In this document: piece by piece, positions 32,054 through 44,750 of the stretch
Numbering within the stretch: the first letter of the stretch is position 1
Layout: every line of letters begins with the position of its first letter
Origin: Escherichia coli
Lineage (GTDB): Bacteria; Pseudomonadota; Gammaproteobacteria; Enterobacterales; Enterobacteriaceae
Strand: one strand, 5' to 3'
NCBI RefSeq assembly: GCF_003334765.1
Contig: NZ_QOWT01000005.1
DNA: 64,000 bases
Made by a program: the position numbers and the translations under genes
Notes under the pieces: model-generated
Told to the model about the DNA's origin: nothing
Databases searched by the model: none
Seen by the model: the letters and a program-made list of their open reading frames with translations, nothing else

Positions 32054-32725
32054 TCAGCCACCCATTGAACGAGAAGAGGTACCGGTTGCACTACGCTGCA
32101 TAGTGCTTTGTTTGGCAACAGATTCACCAAAACCGCCACGGGTAACGGTAGTGGTGGTCGCCGGTTTTGGTGCCATTGCCGTCTTCGGTACGGTCATGGT
32201 GCGGCCTGGCTGGGCTGCGCCATAGTTTTTACCCGTCGCGTCGGTATATTTACCGTAAGCCGGACTGGCTGGGTTTTTCGAGGAGAACAGCGGCTGCTGT
32301 GCAAATCCCGCGCCGCCGCCCATCAGACGCCCCATCATGTAACCGGCCATCAGCGGCATCCAGAAACTCCCGCTGGATTGCTGGGCCTGCGCCTGGTTTT
32401 CTGGTGCCATGCCAGCCTGGGCTGGTGCCTGCTGGCACTGACCTTCACCAAATTCAGCAACACAGTCTTCACGGGTGGCGTATTTCGGCGCAGTACGTTC
32501 GGCTTCTTTCAGCGCATTGTTGTACGCGGTGGTACATTCGGCGCTTTTGCCTGGGTTTGCAGCTGAACAGTCGTCAGCATTTTGATAGAGAGACACTGTT
32601 TCATCACTCTTTTCACAGCCAGCCAGCATAAAAACAGTGGCAACCGCGAGAGCGACTGGTGTCAGATGGCGTGCGCTCCAGTTTTTGCGGAACGATGCGT
32701 GGCGTATGGATTTTGTCCGTTTCAT
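32054..32725 (-). CDS. ygiB: DUF1190-family lipoprotein-like protein
   Basis: Start at ATG 32723-32725 ([16 protein letters not shown]..., 223 aa); probable lipobox LAGC. Confidence 0.82.
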
Positions 32726-32872
32726 TTTTGTCTTCCGGGACCAGTGGTAAATACCCATCAGAATAGAGGATGGCTGGTCGAAATTGAAGCGAGAAGGGGG
32801 AAGAATGCGGCAGATAACCCGTATCTTTACGTTGCCTTACGTTCAGACGGGGCCGAAGCCCCGTCGTCGTCA

Positions 32873-34354
32873 TCAGTTACGGAAAGGGTTATGACCGTTA
32901 CTGGTGGTAGTGCGTGCGGATGTTTGCTGAACGACGGGGGCCGGGCTATCAGGCGCATAACCATCAGCAATAGCATTCTGTTCCGGCGTTTGCGGGGCAA
33001 CGTTTTCCGGATTAGTGGAAACCGGTTTGCTCAGCGCATTGTTCAGTGCCAGCAGATCCTGCTCGTTCAACGTACCCAGGGCTGACTTAATATTCAGCTG
33101 ATTAATCAGGTAGTTATAACGCGCATTCGCCAGCTCTTGCTTGGCGTTGTACAACGTGGTGGTCGCATCCAACACATCAACAATGGTACGCGTACCGACC
33201 GAGTAGCCCGCTTCCATCGCGTCTAATGAGCTTTGAGCGGAAACTACGGCTTGTTTGTAGGCGTTAATGCTACTGATAGATGCATTAATGTTGTTGAAGG
33301 AGGAACGCACGGTCTGCACGACGCTACGATGGGCACTTTCCAGTTGCTCGCTGGCACCGACAAAGTTGTACTGTGCCTGTTTCACCTGCGAGTTAACCAT
33401 TCCGCCCTGATAAATCGGCAGCGAGAAGCTCAGGCCAACTTTGTTCTGGCCCATATTGCTATCGTCATACTGGGTACCAGCGGCACCACGGGTTTTCGAA
33501 CCGCTATAAGAGGTGTCAGAAATCCCGGTAGAAGCCGTTAAATCCAGAGTCGGTAAGTGACCATCCTGCGCCTGGCGAATTTGCTCGCGCGCCAGGTCCT
33601 GGCTCAAGCGTGCCTGTAACAGCGACAGGTTGCGTTTTTCGGCTTCTTTCAGCAGCGCGTTAACCGGCTGTGGTTTGTCGGTTTTAAAGTTTTCGACATT
33701 CAGCGCAGCCAGTTCCGGATAGTAGTTACCGGTGATCTGGCGCAGCTGCTCTACCGCGTTATCAAGGTTATTACGTGCGGTCACTTCGTTCGCCAGCACG
33801 GTATCGTACTGTGCGCGGGCGTTCTGCACGTCGGTGATCGCTACCAGGCCCACGTTAAAACGTTGGGTGGTTTGATCTAATTGACGGTAGATCGCTTCTT
33901 TTTGTGCCTGTGTATAGGAAAGAACGTCAATAGCATTCAACACGTTGAAATAAGCGGTCGCGGTGTTGAGGATCAAGGTTTGCTGATCGGTCTGATACGT
34001 GACGTCCTGAATCCCTGCTGCTTTTTCCTGCAGCGTTAACGCACGCCATTTCGACATATCAAAAATGGATTGAGTTAACTGCAAGGACGCACTGGTCGCG
34101 TTAGAGTTGATGCCGTTCGCGTCGCGGTAGCCGTTGCTATAGGTGTAATCTGCACCTAAACCTAGCTGTGGCAGTAATGGACTGCGCGCTTCATTAATTT
34201 TTTCAAAGGCAGCATCACGATCGGCGGCAGACTTACGCAATTCCGGGTTACTAAGGCGTGCTTGCTGATAAACTTGCATCAGGTTCTCGGCCTGGCTCAA
34301 CGAACTGAACCCAGAAAGGCTCAGGCCGATAAGAATGGGGAGCAATTTCTTCAT
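32873..34354 (-). CDS. tolC: Outer membrane efflux channel TolC
   Basis: Start at ATG 34352-34354 (MKKLLPILIGLSLSGFSSLSQAENLMQVYQQ..., 493 aa); ORF track begins 13 codons upstream. Confidence 0.96.
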   Translation of the reverse strand: MKKLLPILIGLSLSGFSSLSQAENLMQVYQQARLSNPELRKSAADRDAAFEKINEARSPLLPQLGLGADYTYSNGYRDANGINSNATSASLQLTQSIFDMSKWRALTLQEKAAGIQDVTYQTDQQTLILNTATAYFNVLNAIDVLSYTQAQKEAIYRQLDQTTQRFNVGLVAITDVQNARAQYDTVLANEVTARNNLDNAVEQLRQITGNYYPELAALNVENFKTDKPQPVNALLKEAEKRNLSLLQARLSQDLAREQIRQAQDGHLPTLDLTASTGISDTSYSGSKTRGAAGTQYDDSNMGQNKVGLSFSLPIYQGGMVNSQVKQAQYNFVGASEQLESAHRSVVQTVRSSFNNINASISSINAYKQAVVSAQSSLDAMEAGYSVGTRTIVDVLDATTTLYNAKQELANARYNYLINQLNIKSALGTLNEQDLLALNNALSKPVSTNPENVAPQTPEQNAIADGYAPDSPAPVVQQTSARTTTSNGHNPFRN

Positions 34355-34558
34355 TTGCATTCCTTGTGGTGAAGCAGTATTTAGCGCGATCAAACTGTAA
34401 AATTATTGCGGATTCTAGCAGAAGCCGCTACCGCAAAAGGTTGGCGTTACGTGCCATAGGGCGTTAATGTGCCTCAATTTAACACATGACTGCTCAAACG
34501 GCAGTCAAACGTCGCTGAAATTCACATTTAATTCACTATTAGTGCCAGGACATTAACA
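34355..34558. promoter_or_regulatory. Divergent tolC / nudF promoter region
   Basis: 204-bp intergenic region between the tolC and nudF start codons. Published tolC promoters and MarA/SoxS/Rob and response-regulator sites lie upstream of tolC, but I did not localise them by sequence. Confidence 0.4.
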
Positions 34559-35188
34559 ATGCTTAAGCCAGACAGCCTGCCCGTTACATTTGGCAAAAAC
34601 GATGTAGAAATTATTGCACGAGAAACACTTTATCGCGGCTTTTTTTCATTAGATCTTTATAGATTTCGTCATCGTTTATTCAACGGGCAAATGAGTCATG
34701 AGGTACGGCGGGAAATTTTTGAGCGCGGTCACGCCGCAGTCTTGCTACCCTTTGACCCAGTGCGTGATGAAGTTGTGCTGATTGAGCAGATTCGGATTGC
34801 CGCATACGACACCAGTGAAACCCCCTGGCTACTGGAGATGGTTGCCGGGATGATTGAAGAGGGTGAAAGTGTGGAAGATGTTGCCCGTCGCGAAGCGATT
34901 GAAGAGGCGGGACTGATAGTCAAACGGACCAAACCGGTGTTAAGTTTCCTGGCAAGCCCGGGAGGCACCAGTGAGCGTTCGTCAATTATGGTGGGCGAAG
35001 TGGACGCCACGACCGCAAGCGGTATTCATGGTCTGGCTGATGAAAACGAAGATATTCGCGTTCATGTGGTAAGCCGGGAACAGGCATACCAGTGGGTAGA
35101 AGAGGGGAAAATCGACAACGCAGCGTCGGTCATCGCTTTGCAATGGCTGCAGCTGCATCATCAAGCGTTAAAAAATGAGTGGGCATAA
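34559..35188 (+). CDS. nudF: ADP-ribose pyrophosphatase (Nudix hydrolase)
   Basis: 209-aa ORF with Nudix box ([22 protein letters not shown]). Confidence 0.9.
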
Positions 35189-35611
35189 ATGAAGCGTTAC
35201 ACACCTGACTTTCCTGAAATGATGCGCCTGTGCGAGATGAACTTTTCACAATTGCGCCGTTTGTTACCGCGCAATGACGCACCCGGCGAAACTGTAAGCT
35301 ATCAGGTGGCAAACGCACAATATCGGCTGACGATTGTGGAATCGACCCGATACACTACCCTGGTGACAATAGAACAGACTGCGCCCGCGATCAGTTACTG
35401 GAGCCTTCCGTCAATGACGGTGCGTCTGTATCATGACGCGATGGTGGCTGAAGTGTGTTCAAGCCAGCAGATTTTTCGCTTCAAAGCGCGGTATGATTAT
35501 CCTAATAAAAAGTTGCATCAACGCGACGAAAAGCATCAAATTAACCAGTTTTTAGCGGACTGGTTGCGATACTGTTTAGCACATGGAGCGATGGCGATTC
35601 CGGTTTACTAG
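35189..35611 (+). CDS. yqiB: DUF1249-family protein
   Basis: 140-aa ORF starting immediately after nudF stop (TAA ATG). Confidence 0.82.
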
Positions 35612-35635
35612 CGTCGTGAAACCTAAGGACACCAT

Positions 35636-36463
35636 TTGGAAAGCCTGTTAACCCTTCCTCTGGCTGGTGAGGCCAGAGTCAGGATTTTACAAATTACCGA
35701 TACTCACCTGTTTGCACAAAAGCACGAAGCCCTGTTAGGGGTAAACACCTGGGAAAGCTACCAGGCGGTGCTGGAGGCGATTCGTCCACACCAGCACGAA
35801 TTCGACCTGATTGTCGCGACAGGTGATTTAGCGCAGGATCAATCCTCTGCGGCCTATCAGCATTTCGCTGAAGGCATCGCAAGTTTTCGTGCGCCCTGCG
35901 TCTGGCTGCCTGGCAACCACGATTTCCAGCCCGCGATGTACAGCGCGTTACAGGATGCGGGTATCTCCCCGGCGAAGCGCGTGTTTATTGGTGAGCAATG
36001 GCAAATCCTGTTGCTGGATAGCCAGGTGTTTGGCGTGCCGCACGGTGAGCTGAGCGAGTTTCAGCTTGAGTGGCTGGAACGTAAACTGGCCGATGCGCCA
36101 GAACGCCATACGTTGCTGCTGCTGCATCATCATCCGCTACCTGCGGGTTGTAGTTGGCTCGATCAACACAGTCTGCGTAACGCGGGCGAACTGGATACCG
36201 TGCTGGCGAAGTTTCCGCACGTCAAATACTTGCTGTGCGGTCATATTCATCAGGAGCTGGATCTCGACTGGAACGGTCGCCGCCTGCTGGCAACGCCGTC
36301 GACCTGTGTGCAGTTTAAGCCGCACTGTTCCAACTTTACGCTGGACACCATCGCGCCCGGCTGGCGTACTCTCGAGTTACATGCTGATGGCACGCTGACC
36401 ACCGAGGTGCATCGCCTGGCGGACACACGTTTCCAACCTGATACCGCTTCAGAAGGCTACTGA
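35636..36463 (+). CDS. cpdA: 3',5'-cyclic AMP phosphodiesterase (calcineurin-like metallophosphoesterase)
   Basis: 275-aa ORF; metallophosphoesterase motifs (GDL..D, GNHD, GHIH); apparent TTG start at 35636. Confidence 0.88.
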   Translation: MESLLTLPLAGEARVRILQITDTHLFAQKHEALLGVNTWESYQAVLEAIRPHQHEFDLIVATGDLAQDQSSAAYQHFAEGIASFRAPCVWLPGNHDFQPAMYSALQDAGISPAKRVFIGEQWQILLLDSQVFGVPHGELSEFQLEWLERKLADAPERHTLLLLHHHPLPAGCSWLDQHSLRNAGELDTVLAKFPHVKYLLCGHIHQELDLDWNGRRLLATPSTCVQFKPHCSNFTLDTIAPGWRTLELHADGTLTTEVHRLADTRFQPDTASEGY

Positions 36464-37044
36464 TGTCTACGCTTCTTTATTTACACGGTTTCAACAGCTC
36501 GCCGCGCTCTGCAAAAGCGAGCTTGTTAAAAAACTGGCTGGCGGAACATCACCCTGACGTTGAGATGATCATTCCGCAGTTGCCGCCGTATCCTTCCGAC
36601 GCGGCAGAGCTGCTGGAATCCATTGTCCTGGAACATGGCGGCGATTCGCTGGGTATTGTCGGTTCGTCACTGGGGGGATATTACGCCACCTGGTTGTCAC
36701 AATGTTTTATGCTGCCCGCAGTGGTGGTAAACCCGGCGGTGCGCCCGTTTGAACTGCTGACGGACTATCTCGGTCAGAACGAGAACCCCTACACCGGGCA
36801 GCAATATGTGCTAGAGTCACGCCATATTTACGATCTCAAAGTCATGCAGATTGACCCGCTGGAAGCGCCGGATTTGATCTGGCTGCTGCAACAGACGGGA
36901 GATGAAGTGCTGGATTACCGCCAGGCGGTGGCGTACTACGCTTCCTGCCGCCAGACTGTCATAGAAGGCGGCAACCACGCATTCACGGGCTTCGAAGATT
37001 ATTTCAACCCGATCGTCGATTTTCTTGGTCTGCACCATCTCTGA
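36463..37044 (+). CDS. yqiA: Esterase YqiA (alpha/beta hydrolase)
   Basis: 193-aa [22 protein letters not shown]... with GxSxG (GSSLGG); start overlaps cpdA stop. Confidence 0.85.
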   Translation: MSTLLYLHGFNSSPRSAKASLLKNWLAEHHPDVEMIIPQLPPYPSDAAELLESIVLEHGGDSLGIVGSSLGGYYATWLSQCFMLPAVVVNPAVRPFELLTDYLGQNENPYTGQQYVLESRHIYDLKVMQIDPLEAPDLIWLLQQTGDEVLDYRQAVAYYASCRQTVIEGGNHAFTGFEDYFNPIVDFLGLHHL

Positions 37045-37069
37045 CGATCAACTCGAATTGCTAACTTAA

Positions 37070-38965
<1,896 letters not shown>

Positions 38966-38976
38966 AGGAAAGAACA

Positions 38977-39001
38977 TTGCCCGGTCAGGATGGCCGGGCA
39001 A
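38977..39001. terminator. Hairpin between convergent parE and ygiN
   Basis: ttgcccgg-tcaggatgg-ccgggcaa inverted repeat. Confidence 0.5.
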
Positions 39002-39012
39002 ACAAGGCAGGA

Positions 39013-39327
39013 TTAAATCCCTGGCTGCAGAATACGGATATTCATCTCCAGCACGTCGCCTTTTACGGCTTCGCTGTACGCCTTCATGTGCGGGGTTTGC
39101 AGATGCGCTTCAAGGTGCGCGATGCTTTCCCACTGCTCAATCATCACGATAGAATCCGGTGCCATAGACTGGAAACTCACGCCAGCAGCGCAATCCACCA
39201 TTGGCGCATAGCCGTGGCAACCTTCTTCTTTCAGTACGGTTGGAACGATTTTAGCAAACTGATCCAATACCGCCTGACGGTGATGTTGACCAGGACGAGT
39301 ACGGATTTCTGCGATTACGGTAAGCAT
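39013..39327 (-). CDS. ygiN: Quinol monooxygenase (ABM domain)
   Basis: 104-aa ORF MLTVIAEIRTRPGQHHRQAVLDQFAKIVPTVLKEEGCHGY... Confidence 0.9.
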   Translation of the reverse strand: MLTVIAEIRTRPGQHHRQAVLDQFAKIVPTVLKEEGCHGYAPMVDCAAGVSFQSMAPDSIVMIEQWESIAHLEAHLQTPHMKAYSEAVKGDVLEMNIRILQPGI

Positions 39328-39357
39328 GGTTAACTCCTTCTAAAGCCTGAGCTCTAG

Positions 39358-39939
39358 TTAACCAAAAATTTCCACAAGATGCTTGCGATATTCTTCAGTA
39401 TAGCGGGGAACATCAGGCATTTTTATCACGTCATTAGCGATAAATGTCGGCAGCGGTTCCATACCGAGGAATTGGTTTGCTTTATGGAACGGCAGATACA
39501 CACCGTCAACGCCAACGCCGTGGAAGAACTGATCTTTTTCGGTGAAGGCTTCCATTGGTGCGTTCCAGGTCAGAGAAAGCATATATTTTTTGCCCTGTAC
39601 CAGGCCGCCGGAACCGTATTTTTTTGACGGATCTTTGCGGGTACGACCATCGCTGGCATACAGCGTCCCGTGACCTTCGGTGAATACATCATCAATGTAT
39701 TTTTTCACTGTCCACGGCGCGCCCATCCACCAGCCTGGCATCTGCCAGATCACCACATCAGCCCAGAGAAAGTTTTGTACTTCCGCTTTGACATCGTAGT
39801 CGCTGTCGGCGCGAACGATGCGAACATCATGCCCGAGGTCGCGCAGTGTGCCATCCGCGACTTCGGTCAGGGTGTCGTTCAGTTGACCATTGGAGTGGGC
39901 GAATTTTTTCGCGCCGTTGATAATCAGGATGTTGCTCAT
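39358..39939 (-). CDS. mdaB: NADPH:quinone oxidoreductase MdaB (flavodoxin-like fold)
   Basis: 193-aa ORF MSNILIINGAKKFAHSNGQLNDTL... Confidence 0.9.
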   Translation of the reverse strand: MSNILIINGAKKFAHSNGQLNDTLTEVADGTLRDLGHDVRIVRADSDYDVKAEVQNFLWADVVIWQMPGWWMGAPWTVKKYIDDVFTEGHGTLYASDGRTRKDPSKKYGSGGLVQGKKYMLSLTWNAPMEAFTEKDQFFHGVGVDGVYLPFHKANQFLGMEPLPTFIANDVIKMPDVPRYTEEYRKHLVEIFG

Positions 39940-40257
39940 TTTTTAACCTCAAAGTGAGACGTTTGCCGACTATAGTACGTCACAGAGCGGTACGGTGAAA
40001 TTAGCAAAATGTGCAAAGTCTTTTGCGAATTTAGCAAAAGTCTGATCTAGCTCTGACTCACCGATGCAGGATAAATATTTTCTGAAAATGACAATACTGA
40101 TAGCCATTCCTCATAATTCTTACTCGCACCGGAATAATTTACACGTTTGGTTCGGTTTTTTTGGGGATTGAAAATATGGCTTTGAATAAGTAAAAGATGA
40201 AAGTATCAACGTGTCATGTTGATAATTATAAATGGATTTTTATGAGCGTACTGATAT

Positions 40258-40590
40258 ATGTTAAAGCAGAAAATTAAAACAATATTTGAAGCATTGCTAT
40301 ATATAATGCTTACTTATTGGTTAATAGATTCTTTTTTTGCTTTCAATAAGTATGACTGGATGCTTGAGTCGGGAGGAAATATTTGCAGTATACCTTCCGT
40401 TTCAGGCGAAGATCGTATATTGCAAGCAATGATTGCAGCATTTTTTCTTCTTACGCCACTTATTATTCTTATCTTAAGAAAACTCTTTATGCGGGAAATG
40501 TTCGAGTTTTGGGTATATGTATTCTCGCTCGGTATTTGTCTGGTTTGTGGTTGGTGGCTTTTTTGGGGACGGTTTATATTTTGCTATTAG
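40258..40590 (+). CDS. ygiZ: Small inner-membrane protein YgiZ
   Basis: 110-aa ORF, three or four hydrophobic helices, very AT-rich codon usage. Confidence 0.72.
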   Translation: MLKQKIKTIFEALLYIMLTYWLIDSFFAFNKYDWMLESGGNICSIPSVSGEDRILQAMIAAFFLLTPLIILILRKLFMREMFEFWVYVFSLGICLVCGWWLFWGRFIFCY

Positions 40591-40635
40591 TAAAATCTAT
40601 GAGAGTCGTTTTAACGGCTCTCATAGACAGAGAAG

Positions 40636-41985
40636 TTACCAGCTTACCTTCGCCTCAAATCCACCTTGTTCCGCATTCCCAAATTCAACATTCATGCCAT
40701 GCAATTTGGCGATTCGCTGGACAATCGATAGCCCAAGCCCGCTGCCGGTAGCGGTTTGTCCGGGGGGGCGATAGAAGCGTTCGCCAATTCGCGCCAGTGC
40801 CTCTGGCGTCACACCGGGGCCGTTATCCCTCACGATGAAATTATCAGCATTCAGCGTGACGTCTACCACGCTGCCCTGTGGACTGTAGCGCACGGCGTTA
40901 TCCAGCAAATTTCGCACCAACAAACTTAGCAATAGCGGTTGCCCGGTGCGTTTGATGCTGTGGGCATTGAGTGTCAGTCGCACGTCAATTTTCGCCTGCT
41001 GCGCCGTGTGGTAAATATCCATCACCGACGATTGCAGGAGATCTTCAAGCGGGATCTCCGCGACGTCCTGAAGGTTATCCAGTGAGTCCAGCCGCGATAG
41101 CGTGAGCAGTTGATCAACCAGACGAGTAGCGCGATCGATCCCGGAATGTAATTGGAGCAGTGCTTTTTTCCGCGCCTGCGGATCATCGTCAGAGAGCTGC
41201 GCAACTTCGGTTTGCACTTTCAGCGCCGTTAACGGGCTACGAAGTTCGTGAGCTGCGTCGGAGGTAAAGCGTCGTTCACGAACCATCATCGCATGTGTGC
41301 GGGCGAACAGTTGATTTAGCGACTCAACCAGTGGCCGCACTTCGCTGGGTACGCCAGTCGCGTTTAGTGGTTTTTCCGAGTCAGGGTCACGCATACGTAG
41401 TGCCAGCGCCAGTTTGTTCAGCGGCGCGAGTTCACGACCCAGTAGTACCATCATGATGATTAACATAATCGGCAGTGCGACCAGCCACGGGATCAATTGC
41501 CCGGCAACAATCGCCAGCGCCATGTCTTCACGGTATTCCCATTCCTGGCCAACAACGATGCGATATTTGCCATCAGGTGAGGTCATCCAGACAAAACGCC
41601 AAGGATCGTCTTCACCGACCAGTTGCCCGTCAGCAAAACCTTCCCGTTGATAGCTATAGGGAATATCTTCTCCGTTATCGCCATCATTAAGGACCATTCT
41701 GCCGTCGTGGGTAAAGATGGCAAAGGTCAGCGCATCGTCATCAACATGACCGTGTTTTAATCTATTTGGCGTCTGTGCCATGCGATCCGCCGCGTTGATT
41801 TCGTTGAGATCGAGCGTACTTAACCGCTTGGCAAACAGCATCAGTTGGGTGTCGAACAATTCATCGACGTTATCCGTTGTTTGTTTCCAGGCGACAAAGC
41901 TGGAAAGCAGCCAGGTCACCGAGGCCAGAATTAAAAAGATTAGCGTCAGCCTGACGCGCAGACTAAGACGTTGGGTAAATTTCAT
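40636..41985 (-). CDS. qseC: Sensor histidine kinase QseC
   Basis: 449-aa ORF with two TM segments, HAMP, HisKA (HELRSPL) and HATPase_c domains; start overlaps qseB stop. Confidence 0.92.
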   Translation of the reverse strand: MKFTQRLSLRVRLTLIFLILASVTWLLSSFVAWKQTTDNVDELFDTQLMLFAKRLSTLDLNEINAADRMAQTPNRLKHGHVDDDALTFAIFTHDGRMVLNDGDNGEDIPYSYQREGFADGQLVGEDDPWRFVWMTSPDGKYRIVVGQEWEYREDMALAIVAGQLIPWLVALPIMLIIMMVLLGRELAPLNKLALALRMRDPDSEKPLNATGVPSEVRPLVESLNQLFARTHAMMVRERRFTSDAAHELRSPLTALKVQTEVAQLSDDDPQARKKALLQLHSGIDRATRLVDQLLTLSRLDSLDNLQDVAEIPLEDLLQSSVMDIYHTAQQAKIDVRLTLNAHSIKRTGQPLLLSLLVRNLLDNAVRYSPQGSVVDVTLNADNFIVRDNGPGVTPEALARIGERFYRPPGQTATGSGLGLSIVQRIAKLHGMNVEFGNAEQGGFEAKVSW

Positions 41986-42641
41986 TTCTCACCTAATGTG
42001 TAGCCAATACCATGCACGGTACGAATAAAATCACTACCGAGTTTGCGTCGCAGATGATGCACATGCACTTCAACGGCATTACTGGTGACCTCTTCGTCCC
42101 AGGTATACAGTTTCTCTTCAATCAGTTTGCGCGGCAGTACTCGACCAGCGTTACGCATCAGTAATTCCAGCAGGGCAAATTCTTTTGGTTTCAGTGTTAA
42201 GGGTTCGCCAGCCAGCGTGGCGATACGTTTGCCGGGGTCGAGCATGACGTTACCGTGGCGCAGCTCGTTGCTGGCCTGGCCGTTGGTTCGGCGCATCAGA
42301 GCTTCCAGCCTGGCGGCGACTTCTATCAACGCAAAAGGTTTACACAGATAATCGTCAGCTCCCAGACGCAGCCCTTCTACACGTTCCGCCAGCGCATCGC
42401 GCGCGGTCAGGATCAGTACCGGCTCACGCTGACCTTTTTCTCGCCATTCGCGCAAAATATCGCGACCATCCATGCCTGGTAAGGTTAAATCCAGGATCAC
42501 CGCATCATAAGGTGCGCTATAAAGCGCCTCTTTTCCCTGACGACCTTGTGTAAACCAGTCGACGCTAAAACCCATTTTACTAAGGCCCGTTTTGATGCCG
42601 TCGCCAATCAGCATGTCATCTTCTATCAGTAAAATTCGCAT
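41982..42641 (-). CDS. qseB: Response regulator QseB (OmpR family)
   Basis: 219-aa [23 protein letters not shown]... receiver plus winged-helix domains. Confidence 0.92.
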   Translation of the reverse strand: MRILLIEDDMLIGDGIKTGLSKMGFSVDWFTQGRQGKEALYSAPYDAVILDLTLPGMDGRDILREWREKGQREPVLILTARDALAERVEGLRLGADDYLCKPFALIEVAARLEALMRRTNGQASNELRHGNVMLDPGKRIATLAGEPLTLKPKEFALLELLMRNAGRVLPRKLIEEKLYTWDEEVTSNAVEVHVHHLRRKLGSDFIRTVHGIGYTLGEK

Positions 42642-42792
42642 TTTTTCATCCCTGCGATAACCGTATTTGCTGCCAGTAAACCGTGTTGTAACGCGCTCTG
42701 TACAGCACTAAATTTTATTTTTTTCCCTTAAGAAGTTGTTAAGGACTATCTTGTTAAATGCTCGGAAACAGACATTAAAGGGAGTAATAAAC

Positions 42793-43185
42793 ATGAAAAA
42801 ATTCGCAGCAGTAATCGCAGTAATGGCCCTGTGCAGCGCACCGGTGATGGCAGCAGAGCAGGGCGGTTTTTCTGGCCCATCGGCAACGCAAAGTCAGGCC
42901 GGAGGATTCCAGGGGCCGAACGGCAGCGTAACGACTGTAGAAAGCGCAAAATCCCTGCGTGACGACAGCTGGGTAACCCTGCGCGGCAATATCGTTGAAC
43001 GCATCTCTGACGATCTCTACGTGTTCAAAGATGCCAGCGGTACTATCAATGTTGATATCGACCACAAACGCTGGAACGGCGTGACGGTGACGCCGAAAGA
43101 TACGGTTGAGATTCAGGGTGAAGTCGATAAAGACTGGAATTCTGTTGAAATTGACGTCAAACAGATCCGCAAAGTAAATCCGTAA
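42793..43185 (+). CDS. ygiW: Periplasmic BOF/OB-fold stress protein (YgiW/VisP family)
   Basis: Start at ATG 42793 after GGAG; MKKFAAVIAVMALCSAPVMA signal peptide, 130 aa; divergent from qseBC. Confidence 0.85.
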   Translation: MKKFAAVIAVMALCSAPVMAAEQGGFSGPSATQSQAGGFQGPNGSVTTVESAKSLRDDSWVTLRGNIVERISDDLYVFKDASGTINVDIDHKRWNGVTVTPKDTVEIQGEVDKDWNSVEIDVKQIRKVNP

Positions 43186-43237
43186 TTGTTACCGCTCCCG
43201 GGACGCGTTCCCGGGAATAATTTCGCAGAGAGGCAAA

Positions 43238-43720
43238 ATGACAAACCTGACACTGGATGTAAACATTATCGATTTCCCATCAATACCTGTGGCGATGTTG
43301 CCGCACCGCTGTAGCCCTGAATTGCTCAACTACAGCGTGGCGAAATTTATCATGTGGCGTAAAGAAACGGGGCTTTCTCCTGTTAACCAAAGCCAGACTT
43401 TTGGCGTCGCCTGGGACGACCCTGCCACCACCGCACCGGAAGCGTTTCGCTTTGATATCTGCGGCAGCGTTAGCGAACCGATTCCCGATAATCGTTATGG
43501 TGTGAGCAATGGTGAACTTACCGGTGGACGTTATGCCGTGGCCCGCCACGTTGGCGAGCTGGACGATATTTCACACACGGTATGGGGCATCATTCGCCAC
43601 TGGCTGCCTGCAAGCGGCGAGAAAATGCGTAAAGCACCGATTCTGTTTCACTACACCAATCTTGCCGAAGGGGTGACAGAGCAGCGACTGGAAACGGATG
43701 TTTATGTGCCGTTGGCGTGA
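43238..43720 (+). CDS. ygiV: GyrI-like small-molecule-binding domain protein
   Basis: 160-aa ORF MTNLTLDVNIIDFPSIPVAMLPHR... Confidence 0.82.
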   Translation: MTNLTLDVNIIDFPSIPVAMLPHRCSPELLNYSVAKFIMWRKETGLSPVNQSQTFGVAWDDPATTAPEAFRFDICGSVSEPIPDNRYGVSNGELTGGRYAVARHVGELDDISHTVWGIIRHWLPASGEKMRKAPILFHYTNLAEGVTEQRLETDVYVPLA

Positions 43721-43850
43721 TGCCTGACTCCAGCTTCCCTTATAAATTCCTGCTTCAAACTGGCGCTACTAATGCGCCACTTTCTTATATGGTCAATCAC
43801 TTTCCTTAAAGAATACGTTTTGTGTGGTCACTATCTCCGTACATCTAACT

Positions 43851-43895
43851 AACCTTTTAGGTGCTTTTTCATTGCTGTAATTAACCTTTTAGGTT
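43851..43895 (+). promoter_or_regulatory. mqsRA promoter with two ACCT-N3-AGGT operator palindromes
   Basis: CTAACCTTTTAGGTGC (43851-43862) and TTAACCTTTTAGGTTA (43883-43895), 30-60 bp upstream of the mqsR start. Confidence 0.75.
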
Positions 43896-43924
43896 ATAAC
43901 TAAAGTAACAGGGAGGCGGGGGTT

Positions 43925-44221
43925 ATGGAAAAACGCACACCACATACACGTTTGAGTCAGGTTAAAAAACTTGTCAATGCCGGGCAAGTTCGTACAACAC
44001 GTAGTGCACTGTTAAATGCAGATGAGTTAGGTTTGGATTTTGATGGTATGTGTAATGTTATCATTGGATTATCAGAGAGCGACTTTTATAAAAGCATGAC
44101 CACCTACTCTGATCATACTATCTGGCAGGATGTTTACAGACCCAGGCTTGTTACAGGCCAGGTTTATCTTAAAATTACGGTAATTCATGACGTACTGATC
44201 GTCTCGTTTAAGGAGAAGTAA
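43925..44221 (+). CDS. mqsR: Type II toxin MqsR (mRNA interferase)
   Basis: 98-aa ORF MEKRTPHTRLSQVKKLVNAGQVRTTRSALLNADELGLDFDG... Confidence 0.93.
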   Translation: MEKRTPHTRLSQVKKLVNAGQVRTTRSALLNADELGLDFDGMCNVIIGLSESDFYKSMTTYSDHTIWQDVYRPRLVTGQVYLKITVIHDVLIVSFKEK

Positions 44222-44222
44222 T

Positions 44223-44618
44223 ATGAAATGTCCGGTTTGCCACCAGGGAGAAATGGTTTCTGGCATTAAAGATATTCCATACACCTTCCGTGGACGAAAA
44301 ACAGTATTGAAAGGTATCCACGGTTTATATTGTGTCCATTGCGAAGAGAGCATCATGAATAAAGAAGAGTCAGATGCTTTCATGGCGCAAGTAAAGGCAT
44401 TTCGGGCTTCGGTGAATGCCGAAACAGTGGCACCTGAATTTATAGTGAAGGTTCGAAAAAAGCTCTCTCTTACCCAAAAAGAGGCAAGCGAAATTTTTGG
44501 GGGAGGTGTAAATGCGTTTTCGCGTTACGAAAAAGGCAATGCCCAACCTCATCCTTCCACAATCAAACTTTTACGTGTTCTGGATAAGCATCCAGAACTA
44601 TTGAATGAAATCCGTTAA
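44223..44618 (+). CDS. mqsA: Antitoxin MqsA (zinc-ribbon N-domain plus HTH-XRE C-domain)
   Basis: 131-aa ORF MKCPVCHQGEMVSG...CVHCEES (CxxC..CxxC) starting 1 nt after mqsR stop. Confidence 0.93.
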   Translation: MKCPVCHQGEMVSGIKDIPYTFRGRKTVLKGIHGLYCVHCEESIMNKEESDAFMAQVKAFRASVNAETVAPEFIVKVRKKLSLTQKEASEIFGGGVNAFSRYEKGNAQPHPSTIKLLRVLDKHPELLNEIR

Positions 44619-44626
44619 TTAATGGA

Positions 44627-44650
44627 AAAGCGGGGGCAACTCGCTTTTTT
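44627..44650 (+). terminator. Rho-independent terminator after mqsA
   Basis: aaagcg-ggggcaact-cgcttt hairpin followed by TTTTCTTT. Confidence 0.65.
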
Positions 44651-44750
44651 CTTTACCGGAGTGTGAGCCAAATCACTCGCGATAAGTTTGAGCGAACAAT
44701 GCCACAGGCGTATTGTTGTTGGGCTTATAATTTCTCCGGTAAGGAATACC

